A DNA stretch of 64,000 nt from an uncultured Aquiluna sp. GTDB lineage: Bacteria > Actinomycetota > Actinomycetes > Actinomycetales > Microbacteriaceae. A model generated the notes under the pieces. That model had not been told where the DNA came from, searched no databases, and saw only the letters and a list, made by a program, of their open reading frames with translations. Both the position numbers and the translations under genes were made by a program. Numbering within the stretch: position 1 is the stretch's first letter; each line of letters opens with the position of its first letter. The stretch is from assembly GCA_964614615.1 (NCBI GenBank), contig CAZTLT010000001.1:4745-68744 (forward strand), in the 5' to 3' direction. Below, one piece after another: positions 24,420-34,662 of this stretch.

Positions 24420-25194
24420 CAGAATCCCTTTGATTGCTGGCAACTGGAAGATGAATTTAGATCACTTCCAGGCGATAGCTCTTATCCAGAAACTTGCCTG
24501 GACGCTTAATGAAAAGAACCACGACTATAAGGATGTTGAGGTTTGTGTAATTCCACCTTTTACATCTTTACGAAGTGCACAAACATTGATTGAGGCGGAA
24601 AAGTTTGGGCTGACAATTGGTGCTCAGGACATCTCTCAACATGCATCCGGTGCCTATACGGGCGATATATCTGGATTGATGCTTTCCAAACTGGCAGTGA
24701 AATATGTGCTGGTGGGACACTCGGAAAGACGGCAACACCACAGTGAGGATGATGCTTTAGTAGCTGCCAAGGTGGCAGCTTGCTTTGGGGCAAATCTGGT
24801 ACCAATCATCTGCGTTGGTGAAACGCAAGACGAGCTGAGCGAATTTGGCCCCAGCGCAATTCCGGTGCGGCAAACTCTAGCCGCACTCAAAGGCCAAGAG
24901 AACCTGAAGGAATTTGTCATCGCTTATGAGCCAGTTTGGGCAATTGGAACCGGTGAAATAGCAACTCCGGAACAAGCCGACAGTGTTGCGGCAGAGATTA
25001 GAGCAGCACTTGCCGAGAAGTTCGGTGACTTGGCCGACCAGGTGAGGATCCTGTACGGCGGTTCAGTCAAGGCTGGGAATGTTGCCGGGTTCATGCAGGG
25101 AGCGAACATAGACGGGGTATTGGTCGGGGGAGCATCCCTAGATTCAGACGAGTTTGCGGGTATTGCTCGTTATAAGAAGCACATAGTTCTATAA
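24412..25194 (+). CDS. tpiA: Triosephosphate isomerase
   Basis: AGNWKMN, GHSERR, AYEPVWAIGTG, YGGSV, LVGGASL. Confidence 0.98.
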   Translation: MTDRIPLIAGNWKMNLDHFQAIALIQKLAWTLNEKNHDYKDVEVCVIPPFTSLRSAQTLIEAEKFGLTIGAQDISQHASGAYTGDISGLMLSKLAVKYVLVGHSERRQHHSEDDALVAAKVAACFGANLVPIICVGETQDELSEFGPSAIPVRQTLAALKGQENLKEFVIAYEPVWAIGTGEIATPEQADSVAAEIRAALAEKFGDLADQVRILYGGSVKAGNVAGFMQGANIDGVLVGGASLDSDEFAGIARYKKHIVL

Positions 25195-25217
25195 TTGGCA
25201 AGGTTTTTGGAGGATTA

Positions 25218-25466
25218 ATGGCTGCATTGCAAACCGCATTACTAGTGCTTTTGGCGATTACTAGTGTGCTGCTGATTTTGATGATTCTGCTTCACAAGGG
25301 TCGTGGTGGTGGCGTTGCCGACATGTTTGGTGGCGGTGTGACCAGCTCAATGCAGTCTTCTGGAGTTGCAGAACGCAATCTAAATCGCATCACCATTGTG
25401 CTCGGCTTGGTCTGGGTCACGGTGATTATTGTTCTAGGCCTCTTTACGAGATTTGGCTGGGCCTAA
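25218..25466 (+). CDS. secG: Preprotein translocase subunit SecG
   Basis: Two TM segments around LLHKGRGGG..DMFGGG and ERNLNR; follows tpiA; TATAAT and GGAGG upstream. Confidence 0.95.
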   Translation: MAALQTALLVLLAITSVLLILMILLHKGRGGGVADMFGGGVTSSMQSSGVAERNLNRITIVLGLVWVTVIIVLGLFTRFGWA

Positions 25467-25843
25467 TGTCCTCCACTCCATCAATTCGTGGCGCTCGCGT
25501 AGGCGCAGGTCCTATGGGCGAGAAGGATCGCGGGCACCACGTCGACAGAGTTACCAAAAGTTTTTATTGTGCGAACGGGCACGAAACACACCCCTTTTTT
25601 GCAGCGACGGTTCTAGAGGAAGAAGTTCCTGCTGAGATTGACTGTCCTCACTGCGGTTTCCCAGCCGGTCGAGACAAGAACAACCCACCACTGGTAGCGA
25701 AAATAGAACCATACAAAACTCATCTTGCATACGTAAAGGAAAGACGCACTGACGCGGAAGCTGCTCAGATTCTCGATGAGGCCCTGCAGGCCATCCGTGC
25801 TCGCAGAGAAAAAGCTGCCGCGGCGGCTAAAGCTCGTCGCTAA
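25466..25843 (+). CDS. RbpA-family RNA polymerase-binding protein (secG-linked paralogue)
   Basis: IRGARVG, C-x3-H...C-x2-C, and the RbpA-type C-terminal motif KTHLAYVKERRT...LDEAL. Confidence 0.8.
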   Translation: MSSTPSIRGARVGAGPMGEKDRGHHVDRVTKSFYCANGHETHPFFAATVLEEEVPAEIDCPHCGFPAGRDKNNPPLVAKIEPYKTHLAYVKERRTDAEAAQILDEALQAIRARREKAAAAAKARR

Positions 25844-26510
25844 GCTCCTGATCAATCCACCACAGCGTTTCTCGCTTACCAGCGACTTTGGCTGCTGGAA
25901 GGTTCTCTCCGTTTCTGATTCGTCGAACCGCCTCTGCCTTGTTAGCCCCGCCAACTACAAACCATATGCGGTCTGATCTATTTAGGGCTTCATAGCTCAA
26001 GCTCAGTCGCTCTCTTGGCGGCTTTGGGGAATTTGATTCAGCAACAACCCAGGATTTGAAATACGAGGAATTGGGAAAAAGGGATGCTATGTGGCCATCA
26101 TCACCCACTCCGAGCAGCACTAAGTCGAATACAGGACTTGGACTTGTAATTTCCCCAAAGACGTCTGAAAGTTCGGCAGAAAAAGTATTCGCTGCTGCCT
26201 CAACTGAGCCAAGTTTCGCGGGATAGCGAATAAATTGCGCCTGGCTCACTCCCGGCCAGACAGCTTCAGCCTGTGCCTCGTTTCGATCTTTTGAATCCTT
26301 CTCGACGAAGCGCTCGTCGCAAAAAATGATTCTTAGTCGACTAGGTTGCCTTATTTGCTTCCCTAAGGCTTCAATTGTTTTTATGCCTAGCCCACCACCA
26401 GTGACAACAAGATTGAATGTTGGTTTGTCGCTGCTATTTACTAAGGTCAAAATCTCCGTGACGAGGCTTTGAATTAGGGCATGTTGATCAGCGAAAGATC
26501 TAAGCTGCAT
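25827..26510 (-). CDS. pgl: 6-phosphogluconolactonase
   Basis: TGGG, DERFV, LLGVGDDGHIASLFP, SPKPPRERLSL. Confidence 0.95.
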   Translation of the reverse strand: MQLRSFADQHALIQSLVTEILTLVNSSDKPTFNLVVTGGGLGIKTIEALGKQIRQPSRLRIIFCDERFVEKDSKDRNEAQAEAVWPGVSQAQFIRYPAKLGSVEAAANTFSAELSDVFGEITSPSPVFDLVLLGVGDDGHIASLFPNSSYFKSWVVAESNSPKPPRERLSLSYEALNRSDRIWFVVGGANKAEAVRRIRNGENLPAAKVAGKRETLWWIDQELSDEL

Positions 26511-27417
26511 TCAGAAACCCTGCCTTTAACACCTCTGCGTACTCCAAGTCTTCACCCAAAAAACGCAAGTCTTCAATTAGACAGTCAAGATCGCTGCGTG
26601 GGGGGAGTAGTACCGAAGTTATCGGCAAATCTGGCTGTTCAATTCTGGCTACTTCGCCAGCGCGGATTATTCGAAGAGTCCCTGAATCAAACTGAATTTC
26701 CACGCCACCAACTCCTGAAACTTCCTCTTGGCCAATCTTCTCAACTATTTCTGCCTTTACACCTAACTTGAGCTGTAGCCAACCCTTCAGCAGATGTGTA
26801 CTGGGGGAGCTTCCATTACCAAAGACTGAAATCGCTAGCACTCTTCGACTCAGATGCTGTTCCATCAAAGCGGCGAGCTGTGAACGCCAGAGGGTTATTC
26901 GGGTCCAAGCCATGTCACCATCGCCAGGTTGGTAATTTTTAGCTAAGCGCCCCAAAAACGACACAGGGTTTGGTTGAGACGCGGAATTCGTGATTCGACG
27001 TCCGGTCAACCTACCTATTTCTGTAGCAGCTGGATTATCCGAGCAATCAGTCGGCCACCAGGCCACAATAGGGGCATCCGGCAGCAATAGGCCAGAAACT
27101 AAAGACTCGATGTTACTTAGGGTCTTTCCTGCAGCGTGAAGAACTATTACCTCACTGGCCCCAGCATCTCCACCAACGCGAATCTCTGCATCTAGATTTG
27201 ATTTAGCGGTTTCATCCTTGGCTAGAACTATGATTCGGGAAGGGTGCAGTCGAGACGCTGAGTTAGCTGTCTTGATTGATTCCTCGAGGTGGTTCGAATC
27301 CGTTTCCACCAACAGACTAAGGACCCGTCCGAGGGCAACTACTCCGCCGGTTTCCCTCAACTCCTGAAGTTTTTTAGCAATTAGGGAAGTGCTGGTGTTG
27401 CGCATCTCAACAATCAT
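26500..27417 (-). CDS. opcA: G6PDH assembly protein OpcA
   Basis: GRVLSL, HPSRII, LLLPDAPIVAWW, DMAWTRITLWR; ATGA overlap with zwf stop sets the start at 27417. Confidence 0.93.
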   Translation of the reverse strand: MIVEMRNTSTSLIAKKLQELRETGGVVALGRVLSLLVETDSNHLEESIKTANSASRLHPSRIIVLAKDETAKSNLDAEIRVGGDAGASEVIVLHAAGKTLSNIESLVSGLLLPDAPIVAWWPTDCSDNPAATEIGRLTGRRITNSASQPNPVSFLGRLAKNYQPGDGDMAWTRITLWRSQLAALMEQHLSRRVLAISVFGNGSSPSTHLLKGWLQLKLGVKAEIVEKIGQEEVSGVGGVEIQFDSGTLRIIRAGEVARIEQPDLPITSVLLPPRSDLDCLIEDLRFLGEDLEYAEVLKAGFLNAA

Positions 27418-28931
27418 GGTCTTCGCCAAGCCCTTCCATCCACTGCCATCATTTGATTAGCACCCTCTGGACCCCACGTACCGGGTGCGTACTGCTCAAC
27501 AAGGGATTGTCGAGACCAAAACTCAACGATTGGATCAAGTATTTGCCACGACAGCTCAACTTCCTTCTGACGCGGGAATAAGGGTGGTTCTCCTAACAAC
27601 ACATCAAGAATCAGACGCTCGTAGGCTTCCGGACTATCTTCAGTGAACGCGTGACCGTAGGCAAAGTCCATGGTGACATCTCTGACCTGCATTACTGGTC
27701 CAGGAACTTTAGAGCCAAACCTTATTGTTACTCCCTCGTTGGGCTGAACCCTGATCACAAGGGCATTCTCACCTAGCTGTGAGACATCTTCCTCGCCAAA
27801 CAATTGGTGAGCTGGACGCTTGAAGACGACTGCAATCTCGGTCACCCTTCGACCCAACCGCTTTCCAGTGCGAATGTAGAAAGGCGTCCCTCGCCAGCGT
27901 TTAGTGTCAATGTCGAGTCTCATCGCAGCAAAAGTTTCGGTTTTGCTATTTGACGAAATTCCTTCTTCCTGTAAATAGCCAACTACTTGTTCGCCGCCCT
28001 GCCAACCGGCTGAATACTGGCCATTGGCCGTATGCAAAGTTAAATTGCGCGGGATTCTAACTTTGGCTAACACCTGTTCCTTTGCCTCACGAAGGTGAGC
28101 AGCCTCAAAGCTGGATGGTCGATCCATGGCCGTAAGAGCCAGCAATTGGAAGAGATGGTTTTGAATCACATCACGGGCAGCTCCAATTCCATCGTAATAG
28201 GCTGCCCTACCGCCGATTCCAATGTCCTCAGCCATCGTGATTTGAACATGGTCTACGAATTCGCTGTTCCAAATCGGCTCAAAAAGCTGATTTGCAAATC
28301 GGAGTGCAAGTATGTTCTGAACGGTCTCTTTACCCAAATAATGATCAATTCGGAATACCGAGTCTGGTGGGAACACTCTTTCTACAACTTGATTTAGCTC
28401 TCGCGCAGATTTCAAATCTGATCCGAACGGCTTCTCGATGACCACCCTTCTAAACTGTCCAGAATCTTTTTTAGTCAATCCCGAATGTTCGAGCTGTTGA
28501 ATGACCTCTGGAAAATCTCTCGGAGGTATCGACAGATAAAAGGTGTGATTGCCTGCGGTTCCGCGCTCCGAGTCGAGTTTGTCGATGGCGATCTTTAGTC
28601 GGCCAAAAGCCTCCGAGTCATTATGACTACCTGAGACAAACCTAATTCCCCTCGATAGTTGCTCCCAGACTGGCTGAGACCAATCAGTGCGGGCGAACTC
28701 ACGAATGGCCTTCTCAACTATTTCCTTGAATTCCCCGTCTGTCCAATCGCGACGAGCGAAGCCAACTAGAGAGAAGGATGGAGGCAGTAGGCCACGGTTT
28801 GCGAGGTCGTAGATCGCTGGCATTAGCTTCTTGCGCGCTAAGTCTCCAGTAACACCAAACAAGATCAGACCAGAGGGGCCAGCAATTTTCTTGAGGCGGC
28901 GGTCTCCAGATTGCTTTAGTGGATTTTTCAA
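27414..28931 (-). CDS. zwf: Glucose-6-phosphate 1-dehydrogenase
   Basis: FGVTGDLARKK, EKPFG, RIDHYLGKE. Confidence 0.98.
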   Translation of the reverse strand: MKNPLKQSGDRRLKKIAGPSGLILFGVTGDLARKKLMPAIYDLANRGLLPPSFSLVGFARRDWTDGEFKEIVEKAIREFARTDWSQPVWEQLSRGIRFVSGSHNDSEAFGRLKIAIDKLDSERGTAGNHTFYLSIPPRDFPEVIQQLEHSGLTKKDSGQFRRVVIEKPFGSDLKSARELNQVVERVFPPDSVFRIDHYLGKETVQNILALRFANQLFEPIWNSEFVDHVQITMAEDIGIGGRAAYYDGIGAARDVIQNHLFQLLALTAMDRPSSFEAAHLREAKEQVLAKVRIPRNLTLHTANGQYSAGWQGGEQVVGYLQEEGISSNSKTETFAAMRLDIDTKRWRGTPFYIRTGKRLGRRVTEIAVVFKRPAHQLFGEEDVSQLGENALVIRVQPNEGVTIRFGSKVPGPVMQVRDVTMDFAYGHAFTEDSPEAYERLILDVLLGEPPLFPRQKEVELSWQILDPIVEFWSRQSLVEQYAPGTWGPEGANQMMAVDGRAWRRP

Positions 28932-30484
28932 CTACGAATAACTCCCTGCAAGAACGATAACGCTTCAAGCGGGCTGGTTAGCCTAAGGCTAAGAACAGGA
29001 AGGCCATGGGATGCGAGTACTTCCGCATCGCCATTTGCCTGGGCTTCAATTAACTGGCCGAAACTGAATTCCCGCCCTGGCACGGCAAGATCGTCTTGAA
29101 TATTTTGAATTAGTTGCAGGAAAACCCCTTGTTTTGGGCCACCCTTGTGATACTGGCCAGTTGAATGAAGGAACCTCGGTCCCCAGCCAAAGGTCGTCGG
29201 GCGATTGGCTCTAGCCGCAAATTGCTCTCTTAGCTTCACAAACTGCGGGTATACGTTGGCTGGAAGGTAGGCGTGGATGGCTAGATAGCCATTTGGTGCA
29301 AGTCTTCCAATCAATGCCTCAACAGCTGCATCTACCGTTGTTCCAGCGACTTCAAAACCCCTGGCGGTAACCCCAATTGATCTATCAATGAAGTCCGCTG
29401 CCTCCGTGACACTGGGCGTGTCGAGCAGCTCCCTGGCAGCTTGCTTTGCACTCTCAACATTTGGCTGGTCGAATGGGTTGATCCCTAGCTTCCAACCAGC
29501 TATCGCAGTCGCGAACTCCCAGACCATGAATAGCTCGCCCAGTGTTCCCTCAAAGCTAACATCGCCGGCATCATTACCTAGTCGAACACTAATTACGTCA
29601 AGAAGCCGCATAGAAATTTCAGGTGCTGAGCTTGCTACTGCAACTGGTAGCACTCCGGTACCGTTTTTGCCTGTGCTTTCAGCCACCAATTGCTCCACCC
29701 AATCACCAAAATTGGGAAGTGAGTCAGCCTCAACGAGAAACTTATCTACACCAACCTGACATGTGAGTGCTGCTGCCAACACATATGCAGGATTATTGAC
29801 ACTTTCTGATACGAGACTTGGAAGCGAGTCGACTGCATGTTGGAGTAGCTCAGCTATGTCACAACCGACCAGACCTGACGGTACCAAACCAAAAGCAGTC
29901 AATGCGCTGTAACGCCCGCCAACCATCGGATCTGCATTAAAAACTCGATACCCGGATTTGCGCGAATCTATGTCTAGGGGAGAGCCTGGATCTGTCACAA
30001 TGACAATTCGCTGAAGTGGGTCAATGCCGGCGTCCAAAAAGGCCTGCTCAAAAATTCGCTTTTGTGAATCTGTTTCGACGGTCGAACCAGATTTAGAGGA
30101 AACAATTACCGCTGTTCGATTGAGATTGGCAAGGGCAAGTCGAACTTGATCTGGCGATGTTGAATCGAGGATGAAAAGTTCTCTCTTGTAAAACTTGGTG
30201 ATTACCTCTGGAGCGAGTGATGATCCGCCCATTCCGCATAGCACGAAACGAGAAACCCCCAACTGTTCAAATTCATCTCTCAGACTACGGATGCTGGGAA
30301 GCAAGTTGCGTGAGTCTTTGGGACTGGTAACCCAGCCGAGCCTTGCGCTCGCCTCTTGCGCAGCATCCTGGCCCCAAATGGAACTGTCTTTAGCTGCGAT
30401 GCGAGAGGCAAGTTTATGGTCGATAAAGCTCTGAATAACAGTTTTCGCATGAGCAGCTAGCTCTGATCGCAGCTGGACCCTCAT
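28928..30484 (-). CDS. pgi: Glucose-6-phosphate isomerase (actinobacterial type)
   Basis: GMGGSSL, SSKSGSTVET, VGGRYSAL, EQLVAESTGK, NPFDQPNVE, HSTGQYHKGG. Confidence 0.93.
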   Translation of the reverse strand: MRVQLRSELAAHAKTVIQSFIDHKLASRIAAKDSSIWGQDAAQEASARLGWVTSPKDSRNLLPSIRSLRDEFEQLGVSRFVLCGMGGSSLAPEVITKFYKRELFILDSTSPDQVRLALANLNRTAVIVSSKSGSTVETDSQKRIFEQAFLDAGIDPLQRIVIVTDPGSPLDIDSRKSGYRVFNADPMVGGRYSALTAFGLVPSGLVGCDIAELLQHAVDSLPSLVSESVNNPAYVLAAALTCQVGVDKFLVEADSLPNFGDWVEQLVAESTGKNGTGVLPVAVASSAPEISMRLLDVISVRLGNDAGDVSFEGTLGELFMVWEFATAIAGWKLGINPFDQPNVESAKQAARELLDTPSVTEAADFIDRSIGVTARGFEVAGTTVDAAVEALIGRLAPNGYLAIHAYLPANVYPQFVKLREQFAARANRPTTFGWGPRFLHSTGQYHKGGPKQGVFLQLIQNIQDDLAVPGREFSFGQLIEAQANGDAEVLASHGLPVLSLRLTSPLEALSFLQGVIRS

Positions 30485-30485
30485 G

Positions 30486-31577
30486 CTAAGCGCTCTTTAA
30501 GCCTTCGTGGACAGAAGCGATAAGTTCATGCCAGGAGACAATAAACTTCTCTACTCCTTCCTTTTCAAGAAGATCTGTTACTTCATCCAAACTAATACCG
30601 ATAGAGCTGAGCTCGGCTAATACTGCTTTCGCACTTTCTAGGCTTGGCTCAATCGAGTTGCCCCGAACAACTCCGTGATCGGCAAAAGCCATAAGAGTCT
30701 TCTCCGGCATAGTGTTGACCAAATTGGGTGCAATAAGTTCCGAAATGTAAAGTGTGTCGGGAAGCGCAGGATCCTTAACGCCGGTTGAAGCCATCAGCGG
30801 GCGCTGGAGTCTAGCTCCACTGGTAGCTAAAGCCTTCCAGCGATCAGACGAGAATTCTTCCAGGAAGAGCTCGTATGCCAATTGAGCATTCGCAACAGCT
30901 GCTTTGGACTTAAGGTCTTCTCGGCCTAAGGAGGATAAACGCTTGTCAATTTCAGTATCCACCCTGGAAACAAAGAATGAAGCCACCGAGTGAATGGAAC
31001 CTAAGGCAACACCATTCTCCTTTGCTCGCTCCAGACCCTTGAAATAAGCGTCAATCACTGAGCGGTAGCGCTCAATCGAGAAAATAAGAGTTACATTTAC
31101 CGAGATGCCCCGCGAAATCACTTCAGTGATTGCACTTAGCCCTGGAATCGTGGCGGGAATTTTGATCATGACGTTTTCTCTGGCAACTTTTTTGTGAAGA
31201 GCTATCGCCTCAACAATTGTCTGCTCCGTATCAAAGGCTAGATCGGGGGATACCTCAATTGAAACTCGGCCATCGATACCGCCAGAATCTCTGTAGAGGG
31301 GCAGAAAAAGATCACAGGCAGCGGCTACATCTTCAGTAGTGATGTTGAAGATGGCTTCCTCGGTGGAACTGCCCAGCTCTCTTTCACGCCTGAGAGCAGG
31401 TTGATAAGCAGGAGTCTTCAAAGCACCTGCAAAGATAGTGGGATTTGTGGTCACCCCTCTGACTGAAAATTCTCGAATTAGCTCAGCTAGGTTGCCACTT
31501 TCAATTCTTGAACGAGATAAGTCATCCAGCCAAGCTGACACCCCCGCAGCGGTGAGTGACTCAAGGTTCTTGTTCAA
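30486..31577 (-). CDS. tal: Transaldolase
   Basis: [37 protein letters not shown]; TTG start after GGAGG. Confidence 0.97.
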   Translation of the reverse strand: MNKNLESLTAAGVSAWLDDLSRSRIESGNLAELIREFSVRGVTTNPTIFAGALKTPAYQPALRRERELGSSTEEAIFNITTEDVAAACDLFLPLYRDSGGIDGRVSIEVSPDLAFDTEQTIVEAIALHKKVARENVMIKIPATIPGLSAITEVISRGISVNVTLIFSIERYRSVIDAYFKGLERAKENGVALGSIHSVASFFVSRVDTEIDKRLSSLGREDLKSKAAVANAQLAYELFLEEFSSDRWKALATSGARLQRPLMASTGVKDPALPDTLYISELIAPNLVNTMPEKTLMAFADHGVVRGNSIEPSLESAKAVLAELSSIGISLDEVTDLLEKEGVEKFIVSWHELIASVHEGLKSA

Positions 31578-31580
31578 CTG

Positions 31581-33641
31581 TTACCTCCCGGAAAGTTTTT
31601 TCGCTGCAGAAACCACCGCAGCTGCAGTAATACCAAATTCTCGATAAAGGGTTTTATAGTCGGCTGAAGCCCCGTAATGATTAATGCCTATTGAGGTTCC
31701 TTCATCTCCGACCATCGATCTCCATCCACTGGTAAGTCCAGCTTCTATGGAGATTCTCTTGGTTACCCTGGGGTCAAGTACCGCATTTCTATAATCTTCT
31801 GGTTGTTCCTCAAACCATTCGACACAAGGCATCGAAACAACTCTTGTGGCGATTCCGAAAGCGTCCAATTCGATCTTGGCCTCGACAGCAAACTGTAGTT
31901 CGCTACCAGTTGCGATAATTATCACCTCAGGTGTGCCATCTCTAGCGTCCGCGTAAACGTACCCTCCGCGCGATAGCAATTCAGCCGAACCAAATGAATC
32001 GCCGCGTGCAAGCACGGGCAGATTTTGTCGAGAGAGCACCAAAGCAGAAGGCCCTTTCCTTCGCTTGAGGGCCTCCAGCCAGGCATAAGCGGTTTCATTG
32101 GCATCAGCTGGCCTGATCACCGAAAGATTTGGGATGGCGCGCAATGCGGTGAGGTGCTCGATTGGCTGATGGGTAGGTCCATCTTCTCCCAACGCGACCG
32201 AGTCGTGAGTCCAAACGTAAATTGGTGCAATCCCCATCAAGGCGGCCAATCTCACCGAGGGCCTCATGTAGTCAGAAAATACCAAGAATGTTCCACCGAA
32301 AGGTCGAGTGTGACCCGACAGGCAGATCCCATTCAGAATCGCTCCCATTGCATGTTCACGAATACCAAAGTGCAGAATTCGACCGCCCTTAGTAGGTTTC
32401 CAGTGTTTTGTTTGCCACTTAGCTGGAACAAATGATCCGGCACCCTCAATCGTGGTGTTGTTTGATTCGGCTAGATCTGCAGAGCCGCCCCATAATTCTG
32501 GCAACTTTGCTGCAAGCGAGTTAAGTACTCTGCCCGACGCAGCCCTTGTGGCGATTTCTTCTCCTGCGGCAAAAGTTGGAAGAGAGTTCTCGATATCGGT
32601 TGGAAGCTCGCCTACTTGAAGACGCGATAGCAACGCAGCCTTATCGGCATTCTTTTCGCTCCACTGGTCAAAGAGCTTCTGCCACGCAGCGCGCTCGACT
32701 TTCCCTTTTTCAATGAGCTGCCGAGTGTGAGCTAGTATTTCTGTACTAACCTCAAAATGCTTTTCTGGATCAAAACCGAGTACCTTCTTGAGTCCGGCAA
32801 CTTCCTCTGGGCCAAGCTTCGAACCATGAATCTTTCCCGTGTTCTGTTTCTCTGGTGAGGGCCAGCCAATAATTGTCTTTAGCGTTATGAAAGTTGGTTG
32901 ATCTTTGTTTTGCTTACCTTTTTGAATGGCATCGTAAAGAGCTGCAACATCTTCCTTGTAGTCGCCCTTAGTCCAATCAACCTCTAGCGTTTGCCAACCA
33001 TAGGAGCGATAGCGGGCGGCAACATCCTCGCTGAAGCTGATGTTGGTGTCATCTTCAATTGAAATTTGGTTCGAGTCATAGATAACAATTAAGTTTCCAA
33101 GCCCTAGGTGACCAGCTAGTGAGCCAGCCTCGGCGCTTACGCCTTCCATGACGTCGCCGTCACTGGCAATAACGTAGACATAGTGATCGAAGGGTGATTC
33201 TCCGGTCGCTTCTGGATCAAAAAGGTCTCTCTCAAAGCGAGTGGACATCGCAAATCCAGTTGCCGACGCCAGTCCGGAACCAAGGGGACCAGTTGTGATT
33301 TCTACTCCCTTGGTGTGGCCGAACTCCGGATGACCTGGAGTGAGCGAACCAAGGGTTCTAAGTGCTTGCAGGTCTTTTAATTCGAGACCGAAGCCACCTA
33401 GAAATAGCTGTGTATAAAGAGTTAGTGAGGAGTGCCCAGCGGAGAGAATGAATCGATCTCGTCCCAGCCAACGATCGTCCTCAGGGTCGTGGCGCATGAC
33501 TTTCTGAAATAGCAGATAGGCAGCAGGAGCGAGGCTGATGGCGGTTCCTGGGTGCCCATTGCCGACCTTCTCAACGGCGTCCGCCGCTAAAACCTTTGCA
33601 GTCTTTACAGCAAGATCATCTAATTCGTTCCAGTCAAGCAA
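31581..33641 (-). CDS. tkt: Transketolase
   Basis: GHPGT, DRFILSAGHSS, GHPE, ITTGPLG, HFGIREH, EDGPTHQP; start probably TTG 33641 after AGGA. Confidence 0.97.
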   Translation of the reverse strand: MLDWNELDDLAVKTAKVLAADAVEKVGNGHPGTAISLAPAAYLLFQKVMRHDPEDDRWLGRDRFILSAGHSSLTLYTQLFLGGFGLELKDLQALRTLGSLTPGHPEFGHTKGVEITTGPLGSGLASATGFAMSTRFERDLFDPEATGESPFDHYVYVIASDGDVMEGVSAEAGSLAGHLGLGNLIVIYDSNQISIEDDTNISFSEDVAARYRSYGWQTLEVDWTKGDYKEDVAALYDAIQKGKQNKDQPTFITLKTIIGWPSPEKQNTGKIHGSKLGPEEVAGLKKVLGFDPEKHFEVSTEILAHTRQLIEKGKVERAAWQKLFDQWSEKNADKAALLSRLQVGELPTDIENSLPTFAAGEEIATRAASGRVLNSLAAKLPELWGGSADLAESNNTTIEGAGSFVPAKWQTKHWKPTKGGRILHFGIREHAMGAILNGICLSGHTRPFGGTFLVFSDYMRPSVRLAALMGIAPIYVWTHDSVALGEDGPTHQPIEHLTALRAIPNLSVIRPADANETAYAWLEALKRRKGPSALVLSRQNLPVLARGDSFGSAELLSRGGYVYADARDGTPEVIIIATGSELQFAVEAKIELDAFGIATRVVSMPCVEWFEEQPEDYRNAVLDPRVTKRISIEAGLTSGWRSMVGDEGTSIGINHYGASADYKTLYREFGITAAAVVSAAKKLSGR

Positions 33642-33756
33642 TGGAAGGGTCCTATCTCGTAGGGCTCGGGGTTTACGCAGCAACACTGCTCTGGCGTTGC
33701 TGGCAGTCTATACCCGAGGGCCAAGTAGGGCCTTTGACGGCTTTAGACTGGAACAA

Positions 33757-34662
33757 ATGTCAACGAGTCCCCAACTAAGCGCGCGCCTTTTGTCTAAGGC
33801 CAGGGCTTACTTCGCCCTAACAAAACCAAGGGTCATTGAGCTGCTGTTGATCTCAACTGTCCCAACGATGATTCTGGCTCAGCAGGGCATACCAAGTCTT
33901 TGGTTGATTCTTGGAGTTTTGTTTGGGGGAGCACTTTCAGCTGGCAGTGCCAATGCCTTCAACTGTTACATCGACGTTGACATCGACCGGGTAATGGGTA
34001 GAACCAAGAATCGTCCGTTGGTTACAGGTGAACTCTCAGGTAGGGAAGCTCTCACATTCGCCTGGGCAATCGGAATTATCTCCGTTGTATTTTTTGCAGT
34101 GTTTATTAACCTGCTTTCCGCGGCGCTATCCCTAGCTGCAATTCTTTTCTATGTTTTTGTTTACACATTAGGCCTTAAGCGAAGAACGCCACAGAACATT
34201 GTTTGGGGCGGAGCGGCGGGAGCGATGCCAGCGCTAATTGGCTGGGCCGCTGTCACAAATGAATTGTCCCTGAGTGCACTCGTGCTCTTTCTAATAATTT
34301 TTCTTTGGACACCACCGCATTACTGGCCACTATCAATTAGATATCAAGAAGATTATCGAAATGCCAAAGTTCCAATGCTTCCAGTAGTTTCAAAGAGCGA
34401 AGTCGTGACGAGTCAAATCATTTTGTACGCCTGGGCCTACTTTGCCTCGACCATACTCCTCATTCCGGTTGCCAACATGGGCGCGATGTATTCAGCTGTC
34501 GCATTCGTTTCCGGTATCTGGTTCTTACTAGAGTCCTATAAACTTGCCAAAGCAACAAAGACGAACCAAGAGCCAAATCCAATGAGATTGTTTCATGGTT
34601 CGATCTCACATTTGACTCTTATTTTTCTTGCAATCGCAATAGATCCGCTGATCAGGCTTTAG
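33757..34662 (+). CDS. ctaB: Heme O synthase (protoheme IX farnesyltransferase)
   Basis: LTKPRVIELL, DIDRVMGRTKNRPL, LKRRTPQNIVWGG, FLWTPPHYW; start ATG 33757 lies 7 nt after TAGACT. Confidence 0.95.
   Translation: MSTSPQLSARLLSKARAYFALTKPRVIELLLISTVPTMILAQQGIPSLWLILGVLFGGALSAGSANAFNCYIDVDIDRVMGRTKNRPLVTGELSGREALTFAWAIGIISVVFFAVFINLLSAALSLAAILFYVFVYTLGLKRRTPQNIVWGGAAGAMPALIGWAAVTNELSLSALVLFLIIFLWTPPHYWPLSIRYQEDYRNAKVPMLPVVSKSEVVTSQIILYAWAYFASTILLIPVANMGAMYSAVAFVSGIWFLLESYKLAKATKTNQEPNPMRLFHGSISHLTLIFLAIAIDPLIRL

Noticed and set aside
33538-33756. N-terminal extension of ctaB overlapping tkt (similar extensions on the thioesterase, HAD, serB, rpsA and whiA ORFs)
   Set aside because: Longest-ORF artefacts; promoters or RBSs support downstream starts
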